In this document: positions 1 to 9,799 of the stretch, one piece after another
How the letters are laid out: every line of letters begins with the position of its first letter
Numbering within the stretch: the first letter of the stretch is position 1
Source of the DNA: Gammaproteobacteria bacterium
GTDB taxonomy: Bacteria; Pseudomonadota; Gammaproteobacteria; SZUA-152
Length of the DNA stretch: 64,000 nucleotides
Reading direction: 5' to 3'
Assembly (NCBI GenBank): GCA_021648485.1
Contig: JAKISS010000001.1
Location: forward strand, 2,650 to 66,649
Notes under the pieces: generated by a model
The model's input: only the letters and a program-made list of their open reading frames with translations
Database searches by the model: none
What the model was told of the DNA's origin: nothing
Made by a program: the position numbers and the translations under genes

Positions 1-1358
1 CCGGTGCGTCCATCAACGGGCCATTGGCAGCCGGTATTCCAGGTGTGCCAGCGGCCATGGCGCATATAGCCAAAAAATATGGCCGTCTGTCGCTGGCGAA
101 AAATCTGGCACCTGCCATTCGGCTGGCGCGGAATGGCTTCAAAGTGGATAAACAATACCGGCGTTACGCCGAAATGCGCCTGAAAACCTTGCAGCATTTC
201 CCGACGACGGCAAAGATATTTTTGCACAATAATGCGGTGCCACCATTGGGTTACCGGTTAAAACAGAAAGATCTGGCCAATACCCTGGAATCTATCGCAC
301 AACACGGTGGGTCGGATTTTTACCGGGGGGCTTTGGCTAAGCGTCTGGTGGATGCGGTAAAAAAGGCGGGAGGTATCTGGTCTCTGGATGATTTGAAAAA
401 TTACAACATTGTTGAACGGGAGCCGGTGCGTACAGAATATCGCGGCATGACATTAATTTCCGCAGCGCTGCCTTCATCAGGCGGTATTACGTTGGCCAGT
501 ATGTTGCAGATGTTACAACAGTACGATCTGCATAAAATGTCGGATACCGACCGGGCACATTTAATCATTGAGGTGATGCGCCGTGCATACCGTGACAGGG
601 CGGAGTATTTGGGGGACAGTGATTTTGTGGACGTACCCGTTGCGCGTTTGACCAGTACGGCTTATGCCAAAGAGCTGGTGAAAGGGATTCGCATGGACGA
701 GGCCACACCCAATACAGCGCTGAAACCTGTGGGCAAGCCCGGTGGGGCGGGTACTGATACCACACATTTCTCCATACTGGATAAAGAAGGTAACCGTGTT
801 GCGGCAACCTTGAGCGTGAATTATCTTTTTGGTTCCTGTTTTGTGGTGCCGGGCACCGGTTTTTTGCTCAATGACGAAATGGACGATTTTTCGGCCAAGC
901 CCGGTGTTGCCAATGCCTATGGTTTGATTGGTGCGGAGGCCAATGCCATCGAACCGGGCAAACGCCCCTTGTCGAGCATGTCTCCCACCTTTCTGGAAGA
1001 CAAACGGGGTGTGGCCATTATTGGTACGCCCGGTGGCAGTCGTATTATCAGTATGGTTTTACTGGCTGCCTTGCACTATGCAGAGGGTGCTGATGCACCT
1101 TCCATTGTGCAGCTTCCCCGGTTCCATCATCAATACGTGCCGGATATGGTGATGTTTGAAGATGATGCATTTTCCGAAAAAACGGAACAGGAACTTGAAC
1201 TGCGTGGACATGTGCTGAAAAAACAAATGTCACCCTATGGTGGTGGTTTTGGTCACTACGGCAACATGCAAGGCATTGTGTGGGACAAGCACAAAAATAA
1301 AGTCACTGCTGCCAGCGATGCGCGAGGCATTGGTGCCGCTGTTGTTTTCGGGCAATGA
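1..1358 (+). CDS. ggt: gamma-glutamyltransferase, C-terminal ~445 aa (5' end outside the window)
   Basis: The frame is open to the window start. It contains the GGT nucleophile/autoprocessing region 'GAGTDTTHFSILDKEGN' and the small-subunit motif 'GTPGGSRIIS'. Confidence 0.9.
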   Translation, partial: GASINGPLAAGIPGVPAAMAHIAKKYGRLSLAKNLAPAIRLARNGFKVDKQYRRYAEMRLKTLQHFPTTAKIFLHNNAVPPLGYRLKQKDLANTLESIAQHGGSDFYRGALAKRLVDAVKKAGGIWSLDDLKNYNIVEREPVRTEYRGMTLISAALPSSGGITLASMLQMLQQYDLHKMSDTDRAHLIIEVMRRAYRDRAEYLGDSDFVDVPVARLTSTAYAKELVKGIRMDEATPNTALKPVGKPGGAGTDTTHFSILDKEGNRVAATLSVNYLFGSCFVVPGTGFLLNDEMDDFSAKPGVANAYGLIGAEANAIEPGKRPLSSMSPTFLEDKRGVAIIGTPGGSRIISMVLLAALHYAEGADAPSIVQLPRFHHQYVPDMVMFEDDAFSEKTEQELELRGHVLKKQMSPYGGGFGHYGNMQGIVWDKHKNKVTAASDARGIGAAVVFGQ

Positions 1359-1401
1359 AAAAGGGCAATGAAAAAGGGCAATGAAAAAGGGCAATGAAAA
1401 A
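1350..1401. repeat. perfect 13-bp tandem repeat x4 (GGGCAATGAAAAA)
   Basis: Read directly. Four identical head-to-tail units. The first unit contains the last two codons and the TGA stop of ggt (stop at 1356-1358). Confidence 0.95.
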
Positions 1402-1430
1402 TATCAGGCAGTGGTGATTGAAGGGATTTT

Positions 1431-2222
1431 ATGATGTTTGGTTTTATGCGACAGGCTGCATTGCTGGATAGTGAATCCGTTGACTGGATGCTGGATGTTT
1501 TTGACTGGGCACTGGTCAATTTTAATCGTCAGAAATTACAGGCTGAAACACGCCTGATTTATCCCAATAATGAATATTTTCCGGGAGAAGAAAGCAGTGT
1601 AGAAGGTATGGCAGCGTTGATTTTTACGCAAGTCAAAACCTATGCAGGTATTGCAGCGCTACCCTGTGATCTGCAAAATGAAACGGGCATCAGCCATGCA
1701 GTGTCGTCCGGGCCAGAGCTGCCAGTGGCCGCCGACAGTAAAAAATGGGTGTTTACGTACCACACACATACGCTGAACAATCCCGAAGTATTGATTGCCT
1801 CTTTTGCACATCAAATTGCCTTTCATATTGTTTCTTCGACACATAATCCACCACCGGGCGGAAAGGAAAACTGGCCACATGCCGCAGAAATTCTGGCAAC
1901 GCTGATGGGCTTTGGGGTCATTATGGCGAATACGGCAAACACACAAAAAATTCGATCCTGTGGCAGTTGCAGTGGGCCGGCTGTGGAACGGGAGTCATTT
2001 TTATCGCAGTATGATATGAGCTATGCCCTGGCGATATTTTGCGCATTGAAAAATATTCCCGCAAAAGAGGCGACATTGCACCTGAAAAAAACATTACGTG
2101 CTTTCTATAAAAAGTCGCACAAGGAAATATTGAATACGGCTTTTCCTGGTAACGCCAGACTGGCATCTTTACAGGCCACATATTTTTCAACTCATCAACA
2201 CGCTATTAAGGACAACCCATAA
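1431..2222 (+). CDS. hypothetical protein (263 aa), family not recognised
   Basis: Long ORF whose stop directly abuts the ppnN start (TAA-ATG), which suggests an operon. Contains a 'CGSCSGP' Cys pair. I recognise no family. Confidence 0.6.
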   Translation: MMFGFMRQAALLDSESVDWMLDVFDWALVNFNRQKLQAETRLIYPNNEYFPGEESSVEGMAALIFTQVKTYAGIAALPCDLQNETGISHAVSSGPELPVAADSKKWVFTYHTHTLNNPEVLIASFAHQIAFHIVSSTHNPPPGGKENWPHAAEILATLMGFGVIMANTANTQKIRSCGSCSGPAVERESFLSQYDMSYALAIFCALKNIPAKEATLHLKKTLRAFYKKSHKEILNTAFPGNARLASLQATYFSTHQHAIKDNP

Positions 2223-3599
2223 ATGAATGAATCTGTCGATGTGATGAATGCGCGCATTTCGCCGGAAGGGCGGCTTGATGTGCTTTCCCAGCTTGAAGTG
2301 AGCAAATTACTGGATGCCAGCCAGGGGGATTTATACAAAATCTTCAGAAATTGTTCTCTGGCTGTGTTGAATTGTGGCAACAGTATGGATGATGGAAAAG
2401 AGTTACTGGAACGTTATAGTTCGTTTGATATCAGTGTGATTCAGCAAGAGCGTGGCATCAAACTTGAAGTTAAAAATGCACCGGCAAATGCCTTTGTCGA
2501 TGGCACAATGATCAAAGGTATTAATGAACATTTGTTTGCTGTGCTGAGAGATGTTGTGTACGTCAATAATGAAATTGACGATAACCCGAAGTTTAATCTT
2601 GATACTTCGGAAGGGATAACAACCGCCGTATTTCATATCCTGCGTAATTCAAAAATTTTACTGCCCATGAAACCACCCAACATGGTGGTGTGCTGGGGTG
2701 GTCATTCCATTAAACGTAAAGAATACGACTACACAAAAGAAGTCGGGCATGAAATGGGCCTGCGGGGAATGGATATTTGCACAGGCTGTGGCCCGGGCGC
2801 AATGAAGGGGCCCATGAAAGGCGCGACTATCGGTCATGCCAAGCAACGCATTACTAATGGCCAGTATCTGGGCATTAGTGAACCCGGCATTATTGCCGCC
2901 GAATCACCCAACCCGATTGTGAATGATCTGGTGATCATGCCCGACATTGAAAAACGTCTTGAGGCCTTTGTGCGAACCGGTCACGGTATTGTTGTGTTTC
3001 CGGGAGGGGCAGGTACAGCAGAAGAGATTCTTTATATTCTGGGTATATTGTTGCACCCGAAAAACAAAAACATTCCGTTTCCGTTGATTCTGACAGGCCC
3101 GGAATGTGCGAAAGATTATTTTGTGGGGATCAACCAGTTTATTGCGGACACACTAGGGATTGAAGCACAACAACGTTACACAGTTATTATTGATGATCCG
3201 GCACAAGTGGGACGTGAAATGGCCGCTGGCTTGAAAAAAGTGCGGGAGTTTCGCAGAAAAACAGGAGATGCCTTTTATTTTAACTGGCTGTTGCATATTG
3301 ACCTCGCATTTCAGCAGCCCTTTTTACCCACGCACAAAAACATGTCAACGCTGGAATTGCATAAAGATCAGCCTGTGCATTTATTGGCAGCAAACTTACG
3401 CCGCGCTTTTTCAGGTATCGTTGCCGGTAATGTGAAGGATGAAGGTATTCGCACTATCGAAAAACACGGTCATTTTGAGATCAGGGGTGATGTGAGCATG
3501 ATGAAATCACTGGATGTATTACTGACTTCATTTGTTCAGCAGGAACGAATGAAATTACCGGGTAAAAAATACACGCCGTGTTATCAGGTTGTTACGTAG
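2223..3599 (+). CDS. ppnN: nucleotide 5'-monophosphate nucleosidase PpnN (LOG-family, YgdH-like)
   Basis: 458 aa, matching the length class of E. coli PpnN. Carries LOG-family motifs 'TGCGPGAMKGPMKGA' and 'VVFPGGAGTAEE'. Confidence 0.85.
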   Translation: MNESVDVMNARISPEGRLDVLSQLEVSKLLDASQGDLYKIFRNCSLAVLNCGNSMDDGKELLERYSSFDISVIQQERGIKLEVKNAPANAFVDGTMIKGINEHLFAVLRDVVYVNNEIDDNPKFNLDTSEGITTAVFHILRNSKILLPMKPPNMVVCWGGHSIKRKEYDYTKEVGHEMGLRGMDICTGCGPGAMKGPMKGATIGHAKQRITNGQYLGISEPGIIAAESPNPIVNDLVIMPDIEKRLEAFVRTGHGIVVFPGGAGTAEEILYILGILLHPKNKNIPFPLILTGPECAKDYFVGINQFIADTLGIEAQQRYTVIIDDPAQVGREMAAGLKKVREFRRKTGDAFYFNWLLHIDLAFQQPFLPTHKNMSTLELHKDQPVHLLAANLRRAFSGIVAGNVKDEGIRTIEKHGHFEIRGDVSMMKSLDVLLTSFVQQERMKLPGKKYTPCYQVVT

Positions 3600-3701
3600 C
3601 GTTTGTCACAATATGTGCTGGTTAGTGAATAAAGCTATTGGTTTGTATGGAGAAATTAAACTTTTCAGCAAGCGCAATAATGAAGCAGATGAAAAGTAAA
3701 C

Positions 3702-4034
3702 ATGGTTTATCAAAGTCCTAAATTAAAGTATATATTTTCAGTAGCGGCAATATTGTTTGTTATGACAAAATTATTTACTGCGGTCATTATCTTAAAAGAT
3801 GACCCTAGTGTTTTTTTAGTGTTAAAGCTTTCGCCCTCTTTAGATAGTCAATTATCTCTATCGTTAGTTGATGAAAAAAAATATATTACGTTATTCTCAG
3901 ATGAAAATGGTTTTATAGGGGAAAGTCTTTATTATTTGGTTGCTTTTTATTTATGGTGGTTAATGCCTGTGTTTATGGTGTTTTTTATCTTTGTTTTTTC
4001 TCGAAAAAAGCATGAACAATTAGCTGAATATTAA
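3702..4034 (+). CDS. hypothetical small membrane protein
   Basis: 110-aa ORF in a very AT-rich stretch with two hydrophobic segments. No recognisable family, so it may be spurious. Confidence 0.35.
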   Translation: MVYQSPKLKYIFSVAAILFVMTKLFTAVIILKDDPSVFLVLKLSPSLDSQLSLSLVDEKKYITLFSDENGFIGESLYYLVAFYLWWLMPVFMVFFIFVFSRKKHEQLAEY

Positions 4035-4148
4035 CTGTTTTATACGCAGCTTCGTTGCACCAGGCAGTATAGTAAGGTGGAAAGTGAGCATAGTACTATC
4101 GGAAGTGATCGTTTGTTATACATAAAAATATATAAATAGGGAGTTTTC

Positions 4149-4796
4149 ATGAGAATTATTTTGTTGGGTGCCCCAGGGGCGGGTAAAGGGACGGTGGCAA
4201 AAGTGTTGACGAAATTGGATGGTGCCGTACAGATTTCTACCGGCGATATTTTGCGTGGTGCCGTTCAGGCGGATACAGAGCTGGGGAAAAAAGCCAATGC
4301 GTTTATGAAAGCGGGGGATTTGGTGCCGGACGATTTGATCATGGATATTATGAAAGATCGGCTACAGGAGCCTGACTGTAAAAAAGGCTTTTTACTGGAT
4401 GGTTTTCCCCGCACCATTCCACAGGCTGAGGCACTGAAAACCTTGCTGGGTGATCTGGGTATTGAGCTGGATATGGCAGCCAGTCTTGAAGTGCCGCGTG
4501 AGGAAATTCTGAACCGTCTGAGCACACGTCGAACCTGTGAGAATTCCACCTGTCAGGCGATTTATAATGTGAAAAGCAGCCCGACAAAAGTGGATGGTAT
4601 TTGTGATAAATGTGGCAGCAAGGTCATTCAGCGTGAGGACGAAACGGAAGAGGCGATTACTCACCGCCTGGAAACTTACTGCGAAAAAACAGCACCTTTA
4701 ATAGGGTATTATGAGAAGGAAGGGTTATTAATGACGGTGGATGCCTGTGTGACGGATGATGTGGTCAAGGCCATTCAGGCACGGTTGAAAACCTGA
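4149..4796 (+). CDS. adk: adenylate kinase (Cys-containing lid)
   Basis: N-terminal P-loop 'MRIILLGAPGAGKGT' and 'GFLLDGFPRT'. The lid carries 'C..STC...CDKCG', a zinc-lid type. SD 'AGGGAG' lies upstream. Confidence 0.95.
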   Translation: MRIILLGAPGAGKGTVAKVLTKLDGAVQISTGDILRGAVQADTELGKKANAFMKAGDLVPDDLIMDIMKDRLQEPDCKKGFLLDGFPRTIPQAEALKTLLGDLGIELDMAASLEVPREEILNRLSTRRTCENSTCQAIYNVKSSPTKVDGICDKCGSKVIQREDETEEAITHRLETYCEKTAPLIGYYEKEGLLMTVDACVTDDVVKAIQARLKT

Positions 4797-4817
4797 AAAT
4801 CGACCAATTGCATAAAG

Positions 4818-4856
4818 ACCGGGTCCGGTATATCTTTGGCGGGCCCGGTTTTTTTG
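4818..4856 (+). terminator. rho-independent terminator after adk
   Basis: Stem ACCGGGTCC / GGGCCCGGT with a 14-nt loop, followed by a T7 run. Confidence 0.7.
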
Positions 4857-4921
4857 TGGTGATGGACATTTATCTCGTTTCATTCAGCGGTATTGACCCT
4901 TAATCAGAGAAGGAGGCCACC

Positions 4922-5326
4922 ATGTCTACATTTATGCCTGTATTACGTGTTTTTATATTAGGAATCGTTGCACTTGGATTATTGAGCAGTGTTGCTGTTT
5001 TTGCAGGGAGTGACCATGAAAAATCGGCCACTTATCAAATAGCAGAAATCATGCATCGTTTGAAACATTACCCCAGTCCTGCGGGTAAAGAGGTGTTGAA
5101 AAAAATCACACAAGCGGCGAGTACAACTGAAAATGAGCGTACCATCGCAACGGCAATGCTGAATTTACAGCACAAAGTGGTTAGCAGTGATATTCCAAAG
5201 CTGGAAGCGGTTATTGCTGATAAAAAAGCAACAGCCCATGAACGTGAATTGGCCGGCATTGTGCTGAGCCTGGATCATCGTCCTACCCAGCAGGATAAGG
5301 CCAAGCTTAAGGCGATGATGCAATAG
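4922..5326 (+). CDS. hypothetical secreted protein
   Basis: 134-aa ORF with an N-terminal signal-like helix (…LLSSVAVFAG) and SD 'GAAGGAGG' upstream. No family recognised. Confidence 0.55.
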   Translation: MSTFMPVLRVFILGIVALGLLSSVAVFAGSDHEKSATYQIAEIMHRLKHYPSPAGKEVLKKITQAASTTENERTIATAMLNLQHKVVSSDIPKLEAVIADKKATAHERELAGIVLSLDHRPTQQDKAKLKAMMQ

Positions 5327-5510
5327 TTTTTACTTTCTCTCTATCCTGGGCGCTTGTTCGAGAATATTGTTTTGTAGAAGATCGGTTTTGTAAAAAACCG
5401 CGTTCTCGGGCGGGCTCCTGATACTTTTTCAGATGCAATCCGTTTATCGTTTATCCCATATGGATTAAATGTGTTTGTCATTCACATTGACTCGCCAGAG
5501 GAAAATAAAC

Positions 5511-6653
5511 ATGTTCACTCCGAGTGTAAAAGGTTTGCTGGCCAGTGTGGTGATTATGGCTGCATTACTATCTTTTAGTGCGTTTAGTATGGACACGGTT
5601 AAAACCGAAAATTATTCGCTGCGGATAAATACGCTGGTTACAGGCCTGAAGCATCCGTGGGGACTCGCATTTTTACCGGATGGTCGCATGTTGGTGACGG
5701 AGCGTGCAGGGCGTTTGCGTCTTATTGCTGCAAATGGTGTGCTTGATCCCAAGCCCATAGCCGGTTTGCCTCATATTGAAGTTGACGGTCAGGGTGGTCT
5801 GCTGGATATTGTTCTCCATCCGGATTATGCGAAAAACGGTTGGCTTTATCTTTCTTATGTCGCGTCAAACAAACACGGTAACGGTACTGAAGTGGCACGT
5901 TTCCGGCTCGATGGTTATCGCCTCAAGGATTTTCAGAGTATTTTTCGTATGGAGCCCAAACTGCCGGGCGCGCGCCATTTCGGTTCGCGATTATTATTCG
6001 ATGAGCAAGGCTATCTTTATATCACGCTGGGTGACCGTGGTGACAAGGAGCGGGCACAGCAATTAAGTGATCACCTGGGTACGGTTGTTCGTTTGCACGA
6101 TGATGGCAGCATACCCACTGACAATCCTTTTCGTTATCAAAACAACGCCAAAGCGGAAATCTATACTTATGGCAATCGTAATGTACAGGGCATCGCTCAA
6201 AATCCCTGGACCAAAGCAATCTGGGCACATGAACACGGCCCCCAGGGCGGCGACGAAGTGAATGTGTTGCAGTCGGGGGTGAATTACGGCTGGCCGGTGA
6301 TCACCTATGGTGTGAATTATGGCTGGGGTACCCGGATTGGCGAAGGCACTGCCAAAAAAGGTATGGCTCAACCCATTCATTATTGGGTGCCCAAATCCAT
6401 TGCGCCTTCTGGTATGACTTTTTATAAGGGTGATAAATTTCCCGACTGGCAGGGTGATCTGTTTTTGGGTGCATTACGTGATCAAATGCTGGTGAGGCTG
6501 GAAATTAATGGTGAAAAAGTGACAAAGGAAGAGCATATCCTGAAAGGTAAATTAGGGCGCATCCGTGATGTTAAAACGGGAGCCGATGGTTATCTTTATC
6601 TGCTTGTCGATGCAGGCAATGGCAAGTTGGTCAGACTGGAGCCTGCGAAGTAG
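5511..6653 (+). CDS. PQQ-dependent sugar (aldose/sorbosone) dehydrogenase, YliI-like beta-propeller
   Basis: Signal peptide from the ATG at 5511. Motifs 'HPWGLAFLPDGRMLVTER', 'HFGSRLLFD', 'GNRNVQG' and 'EHGPQGGDEVN' are typical of soluble glucose/sorbosone dehydrogenases. The track start at 5469 is probably too early. Confidence 0.8.
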   Translation: MFTPSVKGLLASVVIMAALLSFSAFSMDTVKTENYSLRINTLVTGLKHPWGLAFLPDGRMLVTERAGRLRLIAANGVLDPKPIAGLPHIEVDGQGGLLDIVLHPDYAKNGWLYLSYVASNKHGNGTEVARFRLDGYRLKDFQSIFRMEPKLPGARHFGSRLLFDEQGYLYITLGDRGDKERAQQLSDHLGTVVRLHDDGSIPTDNPFRYQNNAKAEIYTYGNRNVQGIAQNPWTKAIWAHEHGPQGGDEVNVLQSGVNYGWPVITYGVNYGWGTRIGEGTAKKGMAQPIHYWVPKSIAPSGMTFYKGDKFPDWQGDLFLGALRDQMLVRLEINGEKVTKEEHILKGKLGRIRDVKTGADGYLYLLVDAGNGKLVRLEPAK

Positions 6654-6657
6654 GGTG

Positions 6658-8703
6658 ATGCCAGGGGGCACATGTTATACAGTGCTGATAGCGGTTTGTT
6701 TGCCCTGTATTACGGCTGCACAAACACCTGCACCCTCGAAAGAGCCACTGCATATTACGATTACTGCGGGGCGGCTCGATAACGCGTTGGCGGAAACACC
6801 TGCGGCGGCCAGCGTGCTGACCGGTGACGCACTTCATGGTGCGCGCCAGCAACTGGGTCTGGATGAAGTGCTTGCTGGTGTCCCCGGCGTTTTCGCCGTT
6901 AACCGTTATAATTTTGCACAAGACCTGCGTCTGTCTATTCGTGGTTTTGGTGCCCGGGCCAATTTTGGTATTCGTGGCGTGCGTATTTTGATCGATGGTA
7001 TTCCGGCAACGACACCGGATGGTCAATCCAGTATCGATGACATTGATCTCGACACGCTGGACCGTATCGAGATTATCCGTGGTCCCGCAGGTGCGCTTTA
7101 TGGCCCTTCCGCAGGCGGAGTGCTGAGTATGGAAACCCGCCACAGTATGACGACCCCATATGCGGAAAGCGGTATCAAACGTGGTGCTTACGGTGTTTCT
7201 GACCTTCGCTTTAAAGGCAATAATACACACGGCAGGTTGGGTTATGCACTCAATGCTTCCCGGTTTCGTATTGAGGGTTATCGTGCGCAATCCGCTGCGG
7301 AAAGAGAATTGTTTAATGGTCGGCTTGATTATGATTTCAAAAACGGCGGTGAACTGACAACGACGTTTGCATCACTTGATGCTCCGCTGGCACAAGATCC
7401 CGGTGGACTCACCGCCGAGCAGGTGCGTGCTGATCCACGTCAGGCTGCGCCGGTTAATCTGCGTTTTGATACCGGCGAGTCCGTGCGCCAACAGCGACTG
7501 GGTTTGCACACTCGCCATCCTCTTGCCGGTGGCGCTGAAGTGCGTTTAAGCGGTTACTTTGTTCAGCGCGATTTTGCCAATCGTTTGCCGTTCAATATGA
7601 TCGAGCTTGACCGGCGTTTTGGTGGTGTTGGTGTGGAATACCAGCGCGAAACGCAGTGGTCAGCCGGGTCCGGGCGGTTGCTGCTGGGTGTTGATGTTGA
7701 CTATCAAAACGATGAACGCCGTCGTCGCGAGAATCTGGACGGTGTTGCGGGGGACTTGCGCTTTGATCAACGCGAGCGCGTGATGAACAGCGGCGTTTTT
7801 ATCACCCACGAACAGCAACTGGCGCAGCAGCTGCGTCTGGATATTGGTTTGCGGTATGACCGCTTGCGTATTACTGCCGATGATCGTTTTTTAAATAATG
7901 GTGATGATTCCGATGCCGTCAGTTTTGCGCACTGGAGCCCCAGCATCGCATTACTTGTGCAGCGCGACAGTGCAACCCAGCTGTACGTCCGTATTGCCAC
8001 CGGTTTTGAAACGCCCACTACGACCGAACTTGTCCGTATTGATGGCAGTGGCGGTTTCAATAATGCGTTAGCCCCGGCAACGTCCGTGAACTATGAACTG
8101 GGTGCCCGCATAACACCTGTGCCAGATATGCATCTCGAAGCCGCGTTGTTTCAGATTGATATAGGCGACCAGCTGGTTCCTTTTGAAATTTCCGACTCAC
8201 CCGGTCGCTTTGCCTTTGAAAATGCAGGCCGTTCGCGCAACCGTGGTCTGGAGGCGGCGCTGTCACTGGGTAAATACACCGGATGGGGGCTGAAACTTGC
8301 GTACACTTATTCGGATTTTCGGTTTATTAAATTTACCGATAAAAACAGTGTGGCGCTGGATGGTAATCATTTTCCCGGTGTGCCCATGCATTTATTTAAT
8401 CTGGAATCGCGGTATCGCCACTATTCAGGTGTGTATGTGGCCTTTGAAGCGCGTTATACCGGTCGCTATTACGCAGATAATCTCAATACCGTTGAGATTG
8501 CTTCATCCATCAACAGCGGCCTGCGCCTGAGTTACCCGCATTTTGTTAATGGCTGGCGGTTTACTGTTTCCGGGGGCATTAATAATCTTTTTGATGAACG
8601 TTATTACGCCAATGTGCGTTTGAATGCCAGAGGCGGGCGATACTTCGAGCCTGCGCCAGGTCGTCACGGGTATCTGGGTTTTAGTGCAGGCCGTGATTTT
8701 TGA
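6658..8703 (+). CDS. TonB-dependent outer-membrane receptor
   Basis: Plug motifs 'IRGFG', 'ILIDGIPATTPDG' and 'IEIIRGPAGALYG', followed by a long beta-barrel ending '...SAGRDF'. The start is set at the ATG just after the previous stop. The track start at 6565 overlaps the upstream gene. Confidence 0.85.
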   Translation: MPGGTCYTVLIAVCLPCITAAQTPAPSKEPLHITITAGRLDNALAETPAAASVLTGDALHGARQQLGLDEVLAGVPGVFAVNRYNFAQDLRLSIRGFGARANFGIRGVRILIDGIPATTPDGQSSIDDIDLDTLDRIEIIRGPAGALYGPSAGGVLSMETRHSMTTPYAESGIKRGAYGVSDLRFKGNNTHGRLGYALNASRFRIEGYRAQSAAERELFNGRLDYDFKNGGELTTTFASLDAPLAQDPGGLTAEQVRADPRQAAPVNLRFDTGESVRQQRLGLHTRHPLAGGAEVRLSGYFVQRDFANRLPFNMIELDRRFGGVGVEYQRETQWSAGSGRLLLGVDVDYQNDERRRRENLDGVAGDLRFDQRERVMNSGVFITHEQQLAQQLRLDIGLRYDRLRITADDRFLNNGDDSDAVSFAHWSPSIALLVQRDSATQLYVRIATGFETPTTTELVRIDGSGGFNNALAPATSVNYELGARITPVPDMHLEAALFQIDIGDQLVPFEISDSPGRFAFENAGRSRNRGLEAALSLGKYTGWGLKLAYTYSDFRFIKFTDKNSVALDGNHFPGVPMHLFNLESRYRHYSGVYVAFEARYTGRYYADNLNTVEIASSINSGLRLSYPHFVNGWRFTVSGGINNLFDERYYANVRLNARGGRYFEPAPGRHGYLGFSAGRDF

Positions 8704-8712
8704 CGATGCTCA

Positions 8713-9786
8713 CTACCTGCACTTGATACCTAACGGATCATCAGGATCAATGCCGTCCATGAAACGTTTTTTACGGTCACTGTTTGTGGTTTGGTAAACA
8801 CGACCTATCCAGTTGTTGATCATCGCCTCGCCGGTGTCATGCCAGGTGTTGTGAAGGTATGAACAAATCAGCGCTTCGGGGAATACCGGCAATGGCTCTT
8901 TGCCTGCTTTTGCTTTTATCAGCCGGGCCTTGTGCTCAAGCAGAATGGCTTGCACCTGCTGACTGAAATAATTATCGGGGAAGGGAGGGTAGCTGTCCCG
9001 TTTATCATCAACAAACAACATAACTTCCCGTTTGTATTCCTTTAACAGGCTGTTGATGTCGTATTCCGGGTGACCCTGGAAATAGACAATGCGAAACAGG
9101 TCTTCACTGACCGCAAGATGCACGCCTGCATCAGGGCTTGCAACCAGCACATGCAAACCCGCATCTTCAAACTGCTGTTGGGTAATTTCGTTATAGCGGG
9201 AGTGGGGTACATTAAAACGTGTGTTGATATCGCTGACCAGTGGATGGGCGCGATCCATTACTTCGTGCTGGAAGACACCCCAGCATTTTTCCGCGAGTTT
9301 TTTCCGTTTTTGCTGATGTCTGAATTGCACAACGGCATGGGTGGCCAGACAGGAGCACAGTATGGATGTGACATTGTTATACCCCCAATCGATGATCTCG
9401 ATCAGGGGCTCCCAAAATGCCTCATCTGCCAGATTGGGCTGGGTGACGTTGGCACCGGTGATAATGAGCGCGTCCAGTCCCTCTGCCTTGATGGCATCAA
9501 ATGTTTCATAATATTGACGGATGTGCGCAGCCGCCTTTTCACCTCGCGGCAATTGCGGCAGGGTGAACAGGTGAATATAAAACTGTGCGATTTGATTGCT
9601 CTCACTGACAATGCGCAAAAACTGGCGCTCGGTTGCTTCAAGTGCCGCATCCGGCATCATGTTCAGCAGGCCGATATGCATTTCCCGGATATCCTGTTGC
9701 CGGGCACGAGCCGGGTCCAGCACGGAGTCTCCTTCTTCACGAAGACGGGTAAATGTTGGCAATGATGAATTGGCGACCAGCGGCAT
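8713..9786 (-). CDS. metA: homoserine O-acyl(succinyl/acetyl)transferase, MetA family
   Basis: The N-terminus 'MPLVANSSLPTFTRLREEG...IREMHIGLLNMMP' parallels E. coli MetA 'MPIRVPDELPAVNFLREEN...LILNLMP'. ATG at 9786 is preferred over the TTG at 9828. Confidence 0.85.
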   Translation of the reverse strand: MPLVANSSLPTFTRLREEGDSVLDPARARQQDIREMHIGLLNMMPDAALEATERQFLRIVSESNQIAQFYIHLFTLPQLPRGEKAAAHIRQYYETFDAIKAEGLDALIITGANVTQPNLADEAFWEPLIEIIDWGYNNVTSILCSCLATHAVVQFRHQQKRKKLAEKCWGVFQHEVMDRAHPLVSDINTRFNVPHSRYNEITQQQFEDAGLHVLVASPDAGVHLAVSEDLFRIVYFQGHPEYDINSLLKEYKREVMLFVDDKRDSYPPFPDNYFSQQVQAILLEHKARLIKAKAGKEPLPVFPEALICSYLHNTWHDTGEAMINNWIGRVYQTTNSDRKKRFMDGIDPDDPLGIKCR

Positions 9787-9799
9787 GAAGGTTTCCGGG

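Noticed and set aside
9070-9765. Long antisense ORFs inside well-supported genes. Examples are 9070-9765 opposite metA, 6631-7290 opposite the TonB receptor, 26334-27615 opposite the ATPase, and 46910-47308, 48785-49006 and 56559-57053 opposite the RND pumps.
   Set aside because: Each is fully embedded antisense in a gene with strong motif support. They are typical GC-rich shadow ORFs and have no independent signals.
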